Positions 1 to 9,605 are shown, counted from the first letter of the stretch. The stretch: DNA of 55,826 bases from Thermoplasmatota archaeon (GCA_034660435.1 JAYEJG010000076.1:1-55826); one strand, 5' to 3'. The notes: generated by a model from the letters alone, not told the origin. Made by a program: numbers and translations.

Positions 1-336
1 TTCTGTTTTTTCAGCAATCTTTTCAATTATCCTCTCTGCCGGCTTCAAGCATTTCCTTTCTTTTTTAAGATGTTTTTCCAAATTGAAAACTTTTTTTGTT
101 GGACGAAATCCAACAGGAATTATAGTTTTTTTAACATCAAAAGTTGGCTTTATTAATTCATCATTTTCAACTAACAAACCTCCTTTTATGGCATGGTTTA
201 AAAAGCCCTTTGCTTCCTGTGGAGAAAACCAGTGCAACTCCATTGATAATAGAAGAACAAATTCAGAAAAACCTATTTCATCCTTCCCGCTGCATTTGAA
301 TGTAAAAGCTATTACCATTTCCGACTCAGGATTCAT
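1..336 (-). CDS. conserved archaeal hypothetical protein (possibly DUF2240-like), N-terminal 112 codons; the gene runs off the left edge
   Basis: Not in the ORF track because no stop lies inside the window. The ATG at 336 opens a frame that stays open to base 1: MNPESEMVIAFTFKCSGKDEIGFSEFVLLLSMELHWFSPQEAKGFLNHAIKGGLLVENDELIKPTFD... The start overlaps the stop of the upstream gene (ATGAATCCTGA). The family name is from memory only. Confidence 0.45.
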   Translation of the reverse strand, partial: MNPESEMVIAFTFKCSGKDEIGFSEFVLLLSMELHWFSPQEAKGFLNHAIKGGLLVENDELIKPTFDVKKTIIPVGFRPTKKVFNLEKHLKKERKCLKPAERIIEKIAEKTE

Positions 337-910
337 ATCTTTTAAACTCCCCAAAATATTTTTTATCGACAATAATGCCTGTTACGTTTCTTTTTTTCCA
401 ATACTCAATGTTGTTTATTTCTGAATCATACACATATGTTTTATACTTACCACTTAGCTCTCTAACAAAATTGCCATATTTACAATCCAAATCTATTTCA
501 CATCTATTATTCAAAACTATGACCCCATCTATATTATCTAAGACGTTTTCATCAATTTTGCTGGGTTCTAACAGGTTAAGACCAAGAAAAATTTCGTTTT
601 CACTCATCTCTTTAATATCGAGCAAATTCAATTTTTTACATAGCTCCATCCTAAGAATCACGGCATTTGCTCCTGCCATAAAGTAATCAACAATGTCGCC
701 TGTGGCCATGGGACCAGCATCAACCCACAAATCATATGAAGAGGAATATCTTTGATAAAAATTGAAATTTGGTTTGTTTTTCACTAAACCATCTTCATCA
801 AAAATATACATCCTGCCATCATAAGACTTATCTTCACCAAAGCTCCCTTCAAAAGTTATATTTATCTTTTTTTTAGATTTATTAAGATGAATTGCAGGTA
901 TGACTTCCAT
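326..910 (-). CDS. HisA/HisF-related TIM-barrel protein (COG1411-like, function unknown)
   Basis: ATG start. N-terminal VIPAIHL resembles the HisA/HisF IIPAIDL motif. The later segments DEDGLV...WVDAGP...GANAVILR are arranged as in His_biosynth barrels. No other his genes lie nearby. Confidence 0.5.
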   Translation of the reverse strand: MEVIPAIHLNKSKKKINITFEGSFGEDKSYDGRMYIFDEDGLVKNKPNFNFYQRYSSSYDLWVDAGPMATGDIVDYFMAGANAVILRMELCKKLNLLDIKEMSENEIFLGLNLLEPSKIDENVLDNIDGVIVLNNRCEIDLDCKYGNFVRELSGKYKTYVYDSEINNIEYWKKRNVTGIIVDKKYFGEFKRYES

Positions 911-975
911 TACTATGGAAAGAGAATACGGTAATAAAAGCTTTTCAAAGTAAATGACGAAAAGGCGCGGGAGTT

Positions 976-3378
976 TTATCGTCCCAACCTTTTTTCAACA
1001 TCTGCAACATGAAGTCTTGTTTTGACAACAGTATCTGGATTTAATGAGATGCTATCAATACCACATTCAACTAAGAACTCAGCAAATTTCGGAAAATCAG
1101 ATGGTGCTTGGCCACATATACCAATTTTCCTTCTCGGTTTGTGGCTATGTGCTGTGTCGATTACCTGCTTTACAAGCCTTTTCACTGCATCATTTCTCTC
1201 ATCAAATATGTGGGCGACAAGATCAGAATCCCTATCGATGCCAAGTGTTAACTGTGTCAGATCATTTGACCCAATGCTGAAACCATCAAATATGTCTGCG
1301 AATTGATCTGCGACAATTACATTTGACGGTATCTCACACATTACATACACTTCAAGTCCATTTTCTCCTTGTTTTAGACCAAATTCATTCATAACCTCAA
1401 TTACTTTGCGCCCCTCCTCAGGTGTTCTACAAAATGGAATCATTGGTTTGACGTTTGTGAGGCCCATTTCGTTTCGTACCTTTTTTACCGCTCTGCATTC
1501 AAGGCCAAATGCCGGTTTGAATTTTTCATCATAATAACGTGAAGCCCCCCTCCATCCTATCATTGGATTGTGTTCTTCTGGTTCGTATAAAAAGCCACCA
1601 ACCAGATTTGCATATTCATTTGTTTTGAAATCAGACATACGTACAATCACGTCGTTTGGATAGAAACCAGCTGCAATTTTTGCGATTCCCATTGCAAGCG
1701 TATCAACAAAAAACTCAACCTTATCATCATATCCTACGCTTTTTTCATCTATTTTTTTAATGACTTCTGCAATTTTCGGGTTTTCACTAGATATATTCTT
1801 TAACCGATTATATTCAAGGAGTGCAAGCGGGTGGATGCCAATATGAGAATTTATGATGAATTCTTCTCTTGCAAGTCCAACTCCATCGTTTGGAGTTTGT
1901 CCTTGTTGAAACGCTTTTTCAGGTACGCCTGTGTTCATCATAATTTTCGTTTTAGTTTTTGGTAATGTGTCGAGCTTTACTTCGTCGACTCTAAACTTTA
2001 AAATCCCATCATATATTCTGCCAAAGCCTTCTGAGCAGTCGATCGTTACTTGAGCACCATTTGATATCTTCTTAGTCCCATCTCCTGTTCCAATGACGCA
2101 AGGAATTCCAAGCTCACGAGAAATAATTGCTGCATGGCATGTGCGCCCCCCTCGGTTGGTAACAATTGCGCCAGCAATCTTCATTATCGGTTCCCAATCC
2201 GGGTCAGTCATGTCCGTTACAAGAACCTCTCCCTCATGGAACTGACCGATATCCTTTGTGTCTTCTATTATGTGTGTTTTTCCTTGTCCTATTTTGTTGC
2301 CAACCGCCTCTCCTTCTACAAGGAGTTCTCCATCCTCCTCTAAAACATATGTTCTTAATATCGCCACATCTTTTTGCGAATGAACAGTTTCGGGCCTTGC
2401 TTGGACGATATAAAGCTCTCCTGTCATTCCATCCTTTGCCCATTCCATGTCCATTGGCTTTTGGTAGTGATCTTCAATTATCTTAACCCATTTTGCAAGT
2501 GTGAGTATTTCTTCATCTGAAATTACAAATTTCTTTTGGTCCTCATCACTTACTTGTTGTTGGCCAGTCCCTTTGTCACTATATATCATACGTTTCTCTT
2601 TTGAACCAAGTTTCTTTTCAAGAATAGGTTTGAATCCTTGTTCAAGTGTTGGTTTGAATACATAGAACTGGTCAGGGTTCACTGTGCCTTGAACAACATT
2701 TTCGCCAAGACCATACGCACCTGTAATGTATGCAGCATCTTTGAAACCACTTTCAGTATCAATCGAAAACATTACACCAGATGATGCCAAATCAGATCTC
2801 ACCATCTTTTGGACGCCTACAGAAAGATACACGCCAAAATGATCAAAGCCCTTATCGACACGATACGAGATGGCTCTGTTTGTGAATAAAGACGCAAAAC
2901 ACTCTCTTACTTTTTCAAGGAGTTTTTCTTCACCTCGGACATTCAGATATGTTTCTTGTTGACCTGCAAAACTTGCATCAGGGAGGTCCTCTGCAGTCGC
3001 ACTACTTCTTACAGCAACGTCAACGTTTCCTCCGTATCTTTCTTCCATCTCCTTATATCGTCTTCTGATTTCTTCTTCCAGTTCTGGCGGTATTGATGTG
3101 ATTTTGATCAAATTTCTAATTTTTTCTCCTCGTTCTGCAAGGTTATTGACATTATGCGTGTCAAGACCAGAGAGAATTTCTTCGATTTTTTTATCGACTC
3201 CCTCTTTTTCCATCATGTATTTATAGGCATATGCCGTAACGGCAAAACCTGATGGCACCTGAACCCCTTTTTCACCCAAAGTTCTGATCATTTCTCCCAA
3301 TGATGCATTTTTGCCACCTACGGACGGTACGTCGCCAATCGTCAAATCCTCAAACCATCGTGTAAACTCTTCAATCAT
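976..3378 (-). CDS. ppsA: phosphoenolpyruvate synthase (pyruvate, water dikinase)
   Basis: 800 aa. N-terminal VGGKNASLGEM ATP-grasp motif, central TNRGGRTCHAAIISRELGIPCV phosphohistidine swivel motif, and a C-terminal PEP-utilising TIM domain (GSNDLTQ). Confidence 0.95.
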   Translation of the reverse strand: MIEEFTRWFEDLTIGDVPSVGGKNASLGEMIRTLGEKGVQVPSGFAVTAYAYKYMMEKEGVDKKIEEILSGLDTHNVNNLAERGEKIRNLIKITSIPPELEEEIRRRYKEMEERYGGNVDVAVRSSATAEDLPDASFAGQQETYLNVRGEEKLLEKVRECFASLFTNRAISYRVDKGFDHFGVYLSVGVQKMVRSDLASSGVMFSIDTESGFKDAAYITGAYGLGENVVQGTVNPDQFYVFKPTLEQGFKPILEKKLGSKEKRMIYSDKGTGQQQVSDEDQKKFVISDEEILTLAKWVKIIEDHYQKPMDMEWAKDGMTGELYIVQARPETVHSQKDVAILRTYVLEEDGELLVEGEAVGNKIGQGKTHIIEDTKDIGQFHEGEVLVTDMTDPDWEPIMKIAGAIVTNRGGRTCHAAIISRELGIPCVIGTGDGTKKISNGAQVTIDCSEGFGRIYDGILKFRVDEVKLDTLPKTKTKIMMNTGVPEKAFQQGQTPNDGVGLAREEFIINSHIGIHPLALLEYNRLKNISSENPKIAEVIKKIDEKSVGYDDKVEFFVDTLAMGIAKIAAGFYPNDVIVRMSDFKTNEYANLVGGFLYEPEEHNPMIGWRGASRYYDEKFKPAFGLECRAVKKVRNEMGLTNVKPMIPFCRTPEEGRKVIEVMNEFGLKQGENGLEVYVMCEIPSNVIVADQFADIFDGFSIGSNDLTQLTLGIDRDSDLVAHIFDERNDAVKRLVKQVIDTAHSHKPRRKIGICGQAPSDFPKFAEFLVECGIDSISLNPDTVVKTRLHVADVEKRLGR

Positions 3379-3420
3379 GCTCCATCTCTCCTTTATTCAT
3401 GTGGTGCTAACATAAACCGA

Positions 3421-3428
3421 CATATAAA
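3421..3428 (-). promoter_or_regulatory. candidate TATA box (TTTATATG) for ppsA
   Basis: On the minus strand the sequence is AAAAAGGC-TTTATATG, about 43 nt upstream of the ppsA ATG. A GGAGAG Shine-Dalgarno-like element sits just before the ATG. Confidence 0.35.
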
Positions 3429-3471
3429 GCCTTTTTAAAAAGCCTTGAGTGCTTTAAAATATGGAACGAAA

Positions 3472-4017
3472 TTAGCCTTCCAAAAATACAGCAACGGCAA
3501 TGACTGTAGTCCATAGGTTGTTTTTATCTCCACGTGCTGTTTGTGCGACGCTTTGAGTCCTTACAAATCTCCCGCTCATTTTATATTCTTGTTTCCTTTC
3601 ATCCCATGCTTTATTTGGATCAAAATCAAAGCCAAGTGTTGTGGCAAGCATTGTCGCTGCGAGGTCCTCTGTGTAATCCTCTAGTTTTTTACCTGTTTCG
3701 CCAAAGCTATGACGCTCAGAAATATATCCATAAGTGTTTTTTTCTTTAGGTGTAGCAACACCCACGGCCGCACCGATCAAGCGGTTTGGTTCATTTGTTT
3801 TGTTTTTAGACATTACACAAAATGTTATTTGCCCGGGTTTTAATTCGTCTGCTCCTTTTTCTCTTGGTATTATTGTACAATTTGGCGGTATAATGCTGGA
3901 AACCTTCACCAAATTACATTTTTCTATCCCTGCACTTCTTAAAGCAAGTTCAAAGGATTGCAATTCGTCTTTATGCCTTCCAACGCCTTTTGTGAAAAAG
4001 ACTCTTTTTGGCACCAT
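3472..4017 (-). CDS. pdaD: pyruvoyl-dependent arginine decarboxylase
   Basis: 181 aa. FFTKGVG...[11 protein letters not shown] contains the Ser-Ser self-cleavage site typical of PdaD. Confidence 0.9.
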   Translation of the reverse strand: MVPKRVFFTKGVGRHKDELQSFELALRSAGIEKCNLVKVSSIIPPNCTIIPREKGADELKPGQITFCVMSKNKTNEPNRLIGAAVGVATPKEKNTYGYISERHSFGETGKKLEDYTEDLAATMLATTLGFDFDPNKAWDERKQEYKMSGRFVRTQSVAQTARGDKNNLWTTVIAVAVFLEG

Positions 4018-4063
4018 GTTTTTCCAATAATAAATCTTGTTTTATAAATATATCTGTGGCATC

Positions 4064-4966
4064 TTACTTTTTGGGCTCTTTTTCTTTATCTGTTCCGGTC
4101 TGCATTTTAATAAGATCGCGCATCTGTTTCTGTATGTCTACCTGCTCTTCCTGAAATTTAACTTGCTCCTGTTGGTATGGTGTAATTACACTACCCTGGA
4201 CTAGCTGTTCTACTGTTTCCCTCACTTCCTTGTAAGGATATATGCCATGCAACTCATAATAGCTTCTCGCTCTTGGAGTTTGAACTTCTTTCCCCCCGCC
4301 AAAGATGCCTAAAATTTTTCCTTTCTTTTCACCAAGAGCAAGTCCTCCCGCTGCAAAAGATGTGTCAGAACCAAGTCCAAACCCTGATGAAGAAACGGGA
4401 ATAATTGTACCAAATCCAAAAATTTGGCCAAGAATTCCTTGCTTTGCATTAATGTCTGATATTTTATCATATCTCAATGTTCTTTCTTCCTTTGTTATAA
4501 TGCCTCCTTTAAAGATTATCCTTTGGTTTGATATGATGTATTTGTGTGATCTTCTATACCATTCAACTAAAAGAAATCCTACGATTGACATAGCAACCGT
4601 ATAGAACGGTATGACCACTTTGTAATTTCCTAGGTTATTTGTCCAAAACATCAGTCCTAGGCCACTTAGAAATATTCCAAGATATATGAAGAAGATCCTC
4701 CATCTTATCGTAAGAATTGATGCTCCAACTGAAAATGCAAGCAATACAAGGCCCCAAACCATAATACCTATCCATTCATTTCCTAGGTTTTCAAAAAATC
4801 CAGTGTATTCTGAAAAATTAACAAGCCAGCCAAATACAAGCCCCCATACTATCAAAAATATGCATAGAAATTGATAATTCATAAATGATAATGGGTGTGG
4901 AGAAAGCATCTTCTCTATTTTCTCATTGTTCAACAATTCGCTTTGTTCCATCGCCGTCGCCCACAT
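4064..4966 (-). CDS. membrane protein with bacterial-type PH domain (bPH_2 / YdbS-YdbT-like) and a charged C-terminal tail
   Basis: About four hydrophobic helices are followed by ISNQRIIFKGGIITKEERTLRYDKISDINAKQGILGQIFGFGTI (bPH_2-like), a Gly-rich stretch and a Q/E/K-rich tail. The start overlaps the upstream gene by 44 nt. Confidence 0.6.
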   Translation of the reverse strand: MWATAMEQSELLNNEKIEKMLSPHPLSFMNYQFLCIFLIVWGLVFGWLVNFSEYTGFFENLGNEWIGIMVWGLVLLAFSVGASILTIRWRIFFIYLGIFLSGLGLMFWTNNLGNYKVVIPFYTVAMSIVGFLLVEWYRRSHKYIISNQRIIFKGGIITKEERTLRYDKISDINAKQGILGQIFGFGTIIPVSSSGFGLGSDTSFAAGGLALGEKKGKILGIFGGGKEVQTPRARSYYELHGIYPYKEVRETVEQLVQGSVITPYQQEQVKFQEEQVDIQKQMRDLIKMQTGTDKEKEPKK

Positions 4967-6017
4967 TCTTTTTCCTCATCAATTTCATAGCAATCATGGT
5001 TTTAAATTTATTGGTATTGTTGCCAAGCAAAAGAAATGTTACAAATGCTGTTGTAAAAATCATAATAATAAGGGACATCGTCTTGTAATATTCTGTGGGG
5101 TGCGCATAGAACAAAATTCTTGCCGATATATACGAGACAAAGGGCGTTGAATACACCAGAAAACGCTTATTCTCCTTTATTTGGTCAATATATTTTACTA
5201 GAAGAACAAGAAGCTGCGAAATAAATATTGATGCAATTGCAGTAATAGACAACCATCCAAATATCGTAAACAAAAACACATACCAATTATTATTCGTACC
5301 CCATGCCGTGTTTAATAGGAAGGACACATAAGAAAACACATATAATAGGAGGATGATGGGCAATATGTATATCGGTTTCTTTATTATATTGCGCCATATA
5401 TTTTCCAGGTCATAAAACATATTTACTTTTCTTCTTTTATCTTCTCCTACGTGACTTGGTCTTATACCAAGACCCACAAAAATTAAAAGAAGCAAGAATC
5501 CAAGATGCCCAGGATGTAAAAGATCGACGCTAAATAAAAAACCACAGAAACCATTCAAATAAAGATAAACATTTGTAAAAAAATTTATATATCCTTCAGC
5601 AAAACCATATTTAGACGATAATGTCAGAGGCATCTCTCCCCCTATGGTAAATACAAAGCATATTAAAACTAGTAATGGGGGAATAAAGAACGGCCCAACA
5701 AATAGAAAGGAATTAGAAACCCACTCAAACACCCCGCTCTTCTCTCTTTTTGGTTTTACTTTTCCATAGTGGACGGTTACTTTAAACTGGGCAATGCCAC
5801 TTTTTGTGGCAGTATATCCCATTGCATGACATAATGTTTGAAACAAAATTCCCATGAAATTTGTGAATCTACAAAAAGCAGGATGCTCTCTCTTAATTTT
5901 TGAAAGCAAATACTTTTGCCATTCTATGAAAAGCATTTGGATAAACCAAAGCAGTACCACGCCACATAATGGTGCAAGTGGTGCAAACAATACAACATCA
6001 ATTGCAGATCCTACCAT
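4923..6017 (-). CDS. polytopic membrane protein, no family recognised
   Basis: 364 aa, ATG start, about 9-10 hydrophobic segments. I could find no catalytic motif. Confidence 0.5.
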   Translation of the reverse strand: MVGSAIDVVLFAPLAPLCGVVLLWFIQMLFIEWQKYLLSKIKREHPAFCRFTNFMGILFQTLCHAMGYTATKSGIAQFKVTVHYGKVKPKREKSGVFEWVSNSFLFVGPFFIPPLLVLICFVFTIGGEMPLTLSSKYGFAEGYINFFTNVYLYLNGFCGFLFSVDLLHPGHLGFLLLLIFVGLGIRPSHVGEDKRRKVNMFYDLENIWRNIIKKPIYILPIILLLYVFSYVSFLLNTAWGTNNNWYVFLFTIFGWLSITAIASIFISQLLVLLVKYIDQIKENKRFLVYSTPFVSYISARILFYAHPTEYYKTMSLIIMIFTTAFVTFLLLGNNTNKFKTMIAMKLMRKKNVGDGDGTKRIVEQ

Positions 6018-6064
6018 CTCTCTCCAATTAGAAATAATGCCCCATCATATTAAATATTGCCCTT

Positions 6065-6478
6065 TTAGACAACTTCGATTTTTACTTTGTTTCCATTGTA
6101 ATCATACCCTTCCCATGATAAATCCATAAAAGGACTCGCAACGATAATATGTACCTTACCATGCTTTCCGAAAAGATGCAGATCAGCATCTGAAGGATTT
6201 GCGTTTGGTGAAGGGTGGCTGTGGACAGTTCCTACAATTGAAAAATCTATGGGTAACATATGCAACTGGAAAATTGCATGCGATTCCCCTGAAACCGTAC
6301 CTGGTAAAATCACCAACTCGCTTATTGTATGCTTAGCATCTGTGTCAACACGCAAGAGGCCGCCAAATTCGTTGGGGGACTCTGATTTGGCGCATTCTAA
6401 AATCAAATCAAGGCATTTACGTTTGATTTTCCAATGGGTTTGGACGGGCGGTCTCCGTCTCTTCTTAAAAACAGACAT
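6065..6478 (-). CDS. JAMM/MPN+ metalloprotease (stand-alone, archaeal JAMM1-like)
   Basis: 137 aa. Intact JAMM motif HSHPSPNANPSDAD (H-x-H-x7-S-x2-D) with an upstream Glu (NEFGG). Confidence 0.8.
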   Translation of the reverse strand: MSVFKKRRRPPVQTHWKIKRKCLDLILECAKSESPNEFGGLLRVDTDAKHTISELVILPGTVSGESHAIFQLHMLPIDFSIVGTVHSHPSPNANPSDADLHLFGKHGKVHIIVASPFMDLSWEGYDYNGNKVKIEVV

Positions 6479-6483
6479 GTTTC

Positions 6484-7296
6484 TTATCGCACCAGTTTCA
6501 ATCGTACCATCTGATAAAAACTTTCCCCAAACCGTATGAATCTTGCTTTTTTCTCAGAGCCAGTTATTATAATTTTACTTTCCATATTAACTGACTGGGC
6601 ATTTTCTCCATCAATAACAATTTTTGATTCTTTGGTTTTGGATAATAGTTTCACTCCAATTTTTTTTTCTAAAGGAACCACCCATGGACGAGCAGAAAGT
6701 TTGAAAGGTGCAAGAGGAGCAATAACCATAGCATTTACAGCAGGATCCAATATCGGTCCACCTGCGCTAAGTGCATAGCTTGTAGACCCCGTTGGCGTTG
6801 CAACTATTATCCCATCTGCTCCCAATGTTTCAACGAGTTCGTTTTCAACAAAGAACTGCAAATATATGATTTTTGCAATTCTTGCTGTTTGAACTGTAAC
6901 CTCATTAGCAGCATCTGGGAGTCTTTTTCCATCTAGCATTATTTTTAATTTAGCTCTTTCTTCGATGTTGTATTTCCCAGTTATGACCTGTTTCAGACCA
7001 CTTATGGCATATTTTGATTCCACTTCTGCAAGAAAACCCATTCCACCAGAGTTAATTGCAAAAATTGGTTTTTCTACAAACTCAAGAGTTTTGAGAATCG
7101 TTCCATCTCCTCCAACAGTTGCTACAACGTCTGCTTTTTCGTTTAATTCTTTGAAGGTGTACCCCTTTAAATTCGCTTCTTTTGCAAACCCCTTTTCCGC
7201 AAACGTTTCTCCATTTTCAGTTAAAAAATCATACACATTTTTCGCTAAAGAAATTGATTTTTTTGTACTTGGGTTACAGATCACTCCCCATTTCAT
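6484..7296 (-). CDS. nadK: NAD kinase
   Basis: 270 aa. GGDGT motif (VATVGGDGTILK) and a conserved C-terminal TPTGSTSYALSAGGPI segment. Confidence 0.9.
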   Translation of the reverse strand: MKWGVICNPSTKKSISLAKNVYDFLTENGETFAEKGFAKEANLKGYTFKELNEKADVVATVGGDGTILKTLEFVEKPIFAINSGGMGFLAEVESKYAISGLKQVITGKYNIEERAKLKIMLDGKRLPDAANEVTVQTARIAKIIYLQFFVENELVETLGADGIIVATPTGSTSYALSAGGPILDPAVNAMVIAPLAPFKLSARPWVVPLEKKIGVKLLSKTKESKIVIDGENAQSVNMESKIIITGSEKKARFIRFGESFYQMVRLKLVR

Positions 7297-7312
7297 AATA
7301 TATTACTCTCCA

Positions 7313-8500
7313 TTACTTAGCAAGCTTCATCAATGGTTTTAGTCTCATAAGAAGAGTTGGATGTTTTGTGGCAAGTGCTTTTATTAAATTGTAGGTGCTC
7401 AACTCTTCAAATTTGTAATCTTTCAAAGAGTCTGCAAGCATATTAAATGTTTTATCATTCATATCAAGCAAAATCTCTTTCACAGCGTAGTTTCTATTAA
7501 GTTTCTTTCCAATCGCCTCTTTCCAACGAGTTTCATATTCTAATAAAAACTCTTTACTGAATTCTTGAGTTTTAACCGCTTTTCCAATTACTTCTCCTGC
7601 AATTTTTCCAACTTCAAGGCAGTGTGTAAGCCCCCCGCCTGTTATCGGATCTACATGTCTTGCAGCATCGCCAACCAAAATTAAATTATCTCTTACAGTT
7701 TCGACAGATTTTGCAACTGGTACTGCCCCTGCAAGAAAACGGACAGGTGACGCATTTTTAAACCGGGAATCTCCTGCAATAAAATCATCCAGTAGGTTTT
7801 TTGCCATCCCTTCCTCGCTTAGGCTTGCAAGTATTCCTATCCCAACATTTGCAATATTTTTACCCTTTGGAAAAACCCAGATATAGCCACCAGGCGCGAT
7901 TTCTTTTCCAAGGTAAAAATCGCAGTACGCATCTTTAATATCAACATTTGTAAGCGTATACTGTGCACATGTTTCTAGATCTTTCGGGTTAAGGCGGGTA
8001 TCTATTTTTGCCCATTGACCAATTTTTGATTCCACTCCATCTGCACCAACAACAATATCTGCTTCAATTTCAAATTCTTCATCAAATTGTTTTGCCCTTA
8101 TGCCTTTTATTTTCTCCCCCTCTCTTAGGAGGCCTGTTGCTTTCGTGTTCATCATTATTTTCACGCCGGCTTTTACAGCACGACGGGCGAGATCCTGATC
8201 AAAGATATCTCTGTATACAACATATCCTGTTTCATTTCCTGCTTGGTCTGCACTTAGTGTTACACAAGTCTGGTCAGGTGAATAAATACGGGCACCATCC
8301 ATGCGCCCTGCAATCCAGCGATCTCCTTCAAGCATATCCCAGTCATCTATTTTTCTACTGACTCCCTCTCCACAAAGAACTGGTGTGCCAATTTCCTGCC
8401 GACGTTCTATCATTAGAACCTTTGCACCGTTTTCTGCTGCAAAACGAGCAGTAACACTCCCAGCAGGTCCACTTCCAACAATAACGACATCATATTTCAT
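7313..8500 (-). CDS. digeranylgeranylglycerophospholipid (geranylgeranyl) reductase
   Basis: 395 aa. N-terminal FAD fold DVVIVGSGPAGS and the LCGEGVS motif typical of archaeal GGR. C-terminal LVGDAA. Confidence 0.9.
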   Translation of the reverse strand: MKYDVVIVGSGPAGSVTARFAAENGAKVLMIERRQEIGTPVLCGEGVSRKIDDWDMLEGDRWIAGRMDGARIYSPDQTCVTLSADQAGNETGYVVYRDIFDQDLARRAVKAGVKIMMNTKATGLLREGEKIKGIRAKQFDEEFEIEADIVVGADGVESKIGQWAKIDTRLNPKDLETCAQYTLTNVDIKDAYCDFYLGKEIAPGGYIWVFPKGKNIANVGIGILASLSEEGMAKNLLDDFIAGDSRFKNASPVRFLAGAVPVAKSVETVRDNLILVGDAARHVDPITGGGLTHCLEVGKIAGEVIGKAVKTQEFSKEFLLEYETRWKEAIGKKLNRNYAVKEILLDMNDKTFNMLADSLKDYKFEELSTYNLIKALATKHPTLLMRLKPLMKLAK

Positions 8501-8703
8501 TGTTGAAACTCTCCATTTCCGCTAATCGCTCCAACTGGGCATATCTTTATACAAACTGTGCAACTAACGCATTTTTTATCATCTACGACGGCTTTGTTAC
8601 CAATCCACGAAATCGCGTCCTGTGGGCATACGCTGATACATCCTCCGCATGCTAGACATTTTTTCTTGTCAACTATTGCTTTAGGCTTTCCCGTGAGACT
8701 CAC
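8497..8703 (-). CDS. 2x[4Fe-4S] ferredoxin
   Basis: 68 aa with two CxxCxxCxxxCP motifs (CLACGGCISVCP and CVSCTVCIKICP). GTG start. Overlaps the GGR start by 4 nt. Confidence 0.85.
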   Translation of the reverse strand: MSLTGKPKAIVDKKKCLACGGCISVCPQDAISWIGNKAVVDDKKCVSCTVCIKICPVGAISGNGEFQQ

Positions 8704-9253
8704 CTCTTGTAATTCCTGATGCTATTATATGCGCCACTCTTATAGGCTCTGGAATAACACCCCTAATTGTAGAAAGCTTTATTATTTCTTTTGCCTCAGC
8801 AAGGGCAATTCCAACGCGTTTAATAAATATAGGATTATGTTTTGTTTTAACCTCGTGCAGTTCTCCTTTCTTTATAACACTTAATCTTTCTTTCCAATCA
8901 TCAAAATTTTTCGTCAAAGCAGATTCTATTTTTTTAAAATCAGGTCTATCCCTTGTCACAGTTATGACGGGAAGGCCCGTAGATTCGTAAATATCATCAA
9001 TATCTACGATGTTAAACCCACCAAGTGCAATTCCATCCAACAGCATAGCTTTCAATTGTTTTCTGTGCCTCGTGCTCTCTATCATGTTTTTGCAAACAAA
9101 TGTTGCATCGGAGCCATCGATGGAAACCTGATTTTTAAGGACGCACTCCAAGTACTCTCCACCGCGCATAATAACACCAATTACCGTTCCATACTTATCT
9201 GTGAACGTAAAAGGAGAATCATCGACACCCAGCAATCGGATTTGCATCTTCAT
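8681..9253 (-). CDS. UPF0215 / DUF99 family protein (endonuclease V-like fold)
   Basis: 190 aa. The N-terminal LLGVDDSPF and DGIALGGFNIVD segments are typical of DUF99. Its end overlaps the ferredoxin start by 23 nt. Confidence 0.75.
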   Translation of the reverse strand: MKMQIRLLGVDDSPFTFTDKYGTVIGVIMRGGEYLECVLKNQVSIDGSDATFVCKNMIESTRHRKQLKAMLLDGIALGGFNIVDIDDIYESTGLPVITVTRDRPDFKKIESALTKNFDDWKERLSVIKKGELHEVKTKHNPIFIKRVGIALAEAKEIIKLSTIRGVIPEPIRVAHIIASGITRGESHGKA

Positions 9254-9605
9254 TTGACGAGAATAAAACTTTAGATGTACTAATAATCTTTCGACGAAAG
9301 ATATATTATGTAATTAAGAAACTTTTAATGTGAGCAAAATATTTTAACATCGAAAAGGTAATGGTGGAAAAGTGAGGGAGTTACGATCCATTGAAAAAAT
9401 ACCCATTATATCAGGTATAATGCCAATAGTTATAGGTGTCGTTTTAACATATTTCGATGGTTTTTATATTTGTCCTGTGCAGAGAGATGGCAATATGATT
9501 TATTTCGTGGTTTAGTATATGGGCATTCTTTTATATCGTAGGAGCTGGTCTAAGCGTGACTCCAGTTATGTTTCGGAGAAAAACCATCTAAGAATAAGGA
9601 ATTTT

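Noticed and set aside
3429-3450. AAGCCTTTTTAAAAAGCCTT upstream of ppsA, which looked like an inverted repeat or operator.
   Set aside because: It is a short direct repeat of AAGCCTT around an A/T palindrome, not a real hairpin. It is adequately explained as the BRE/TATA-flanking region.
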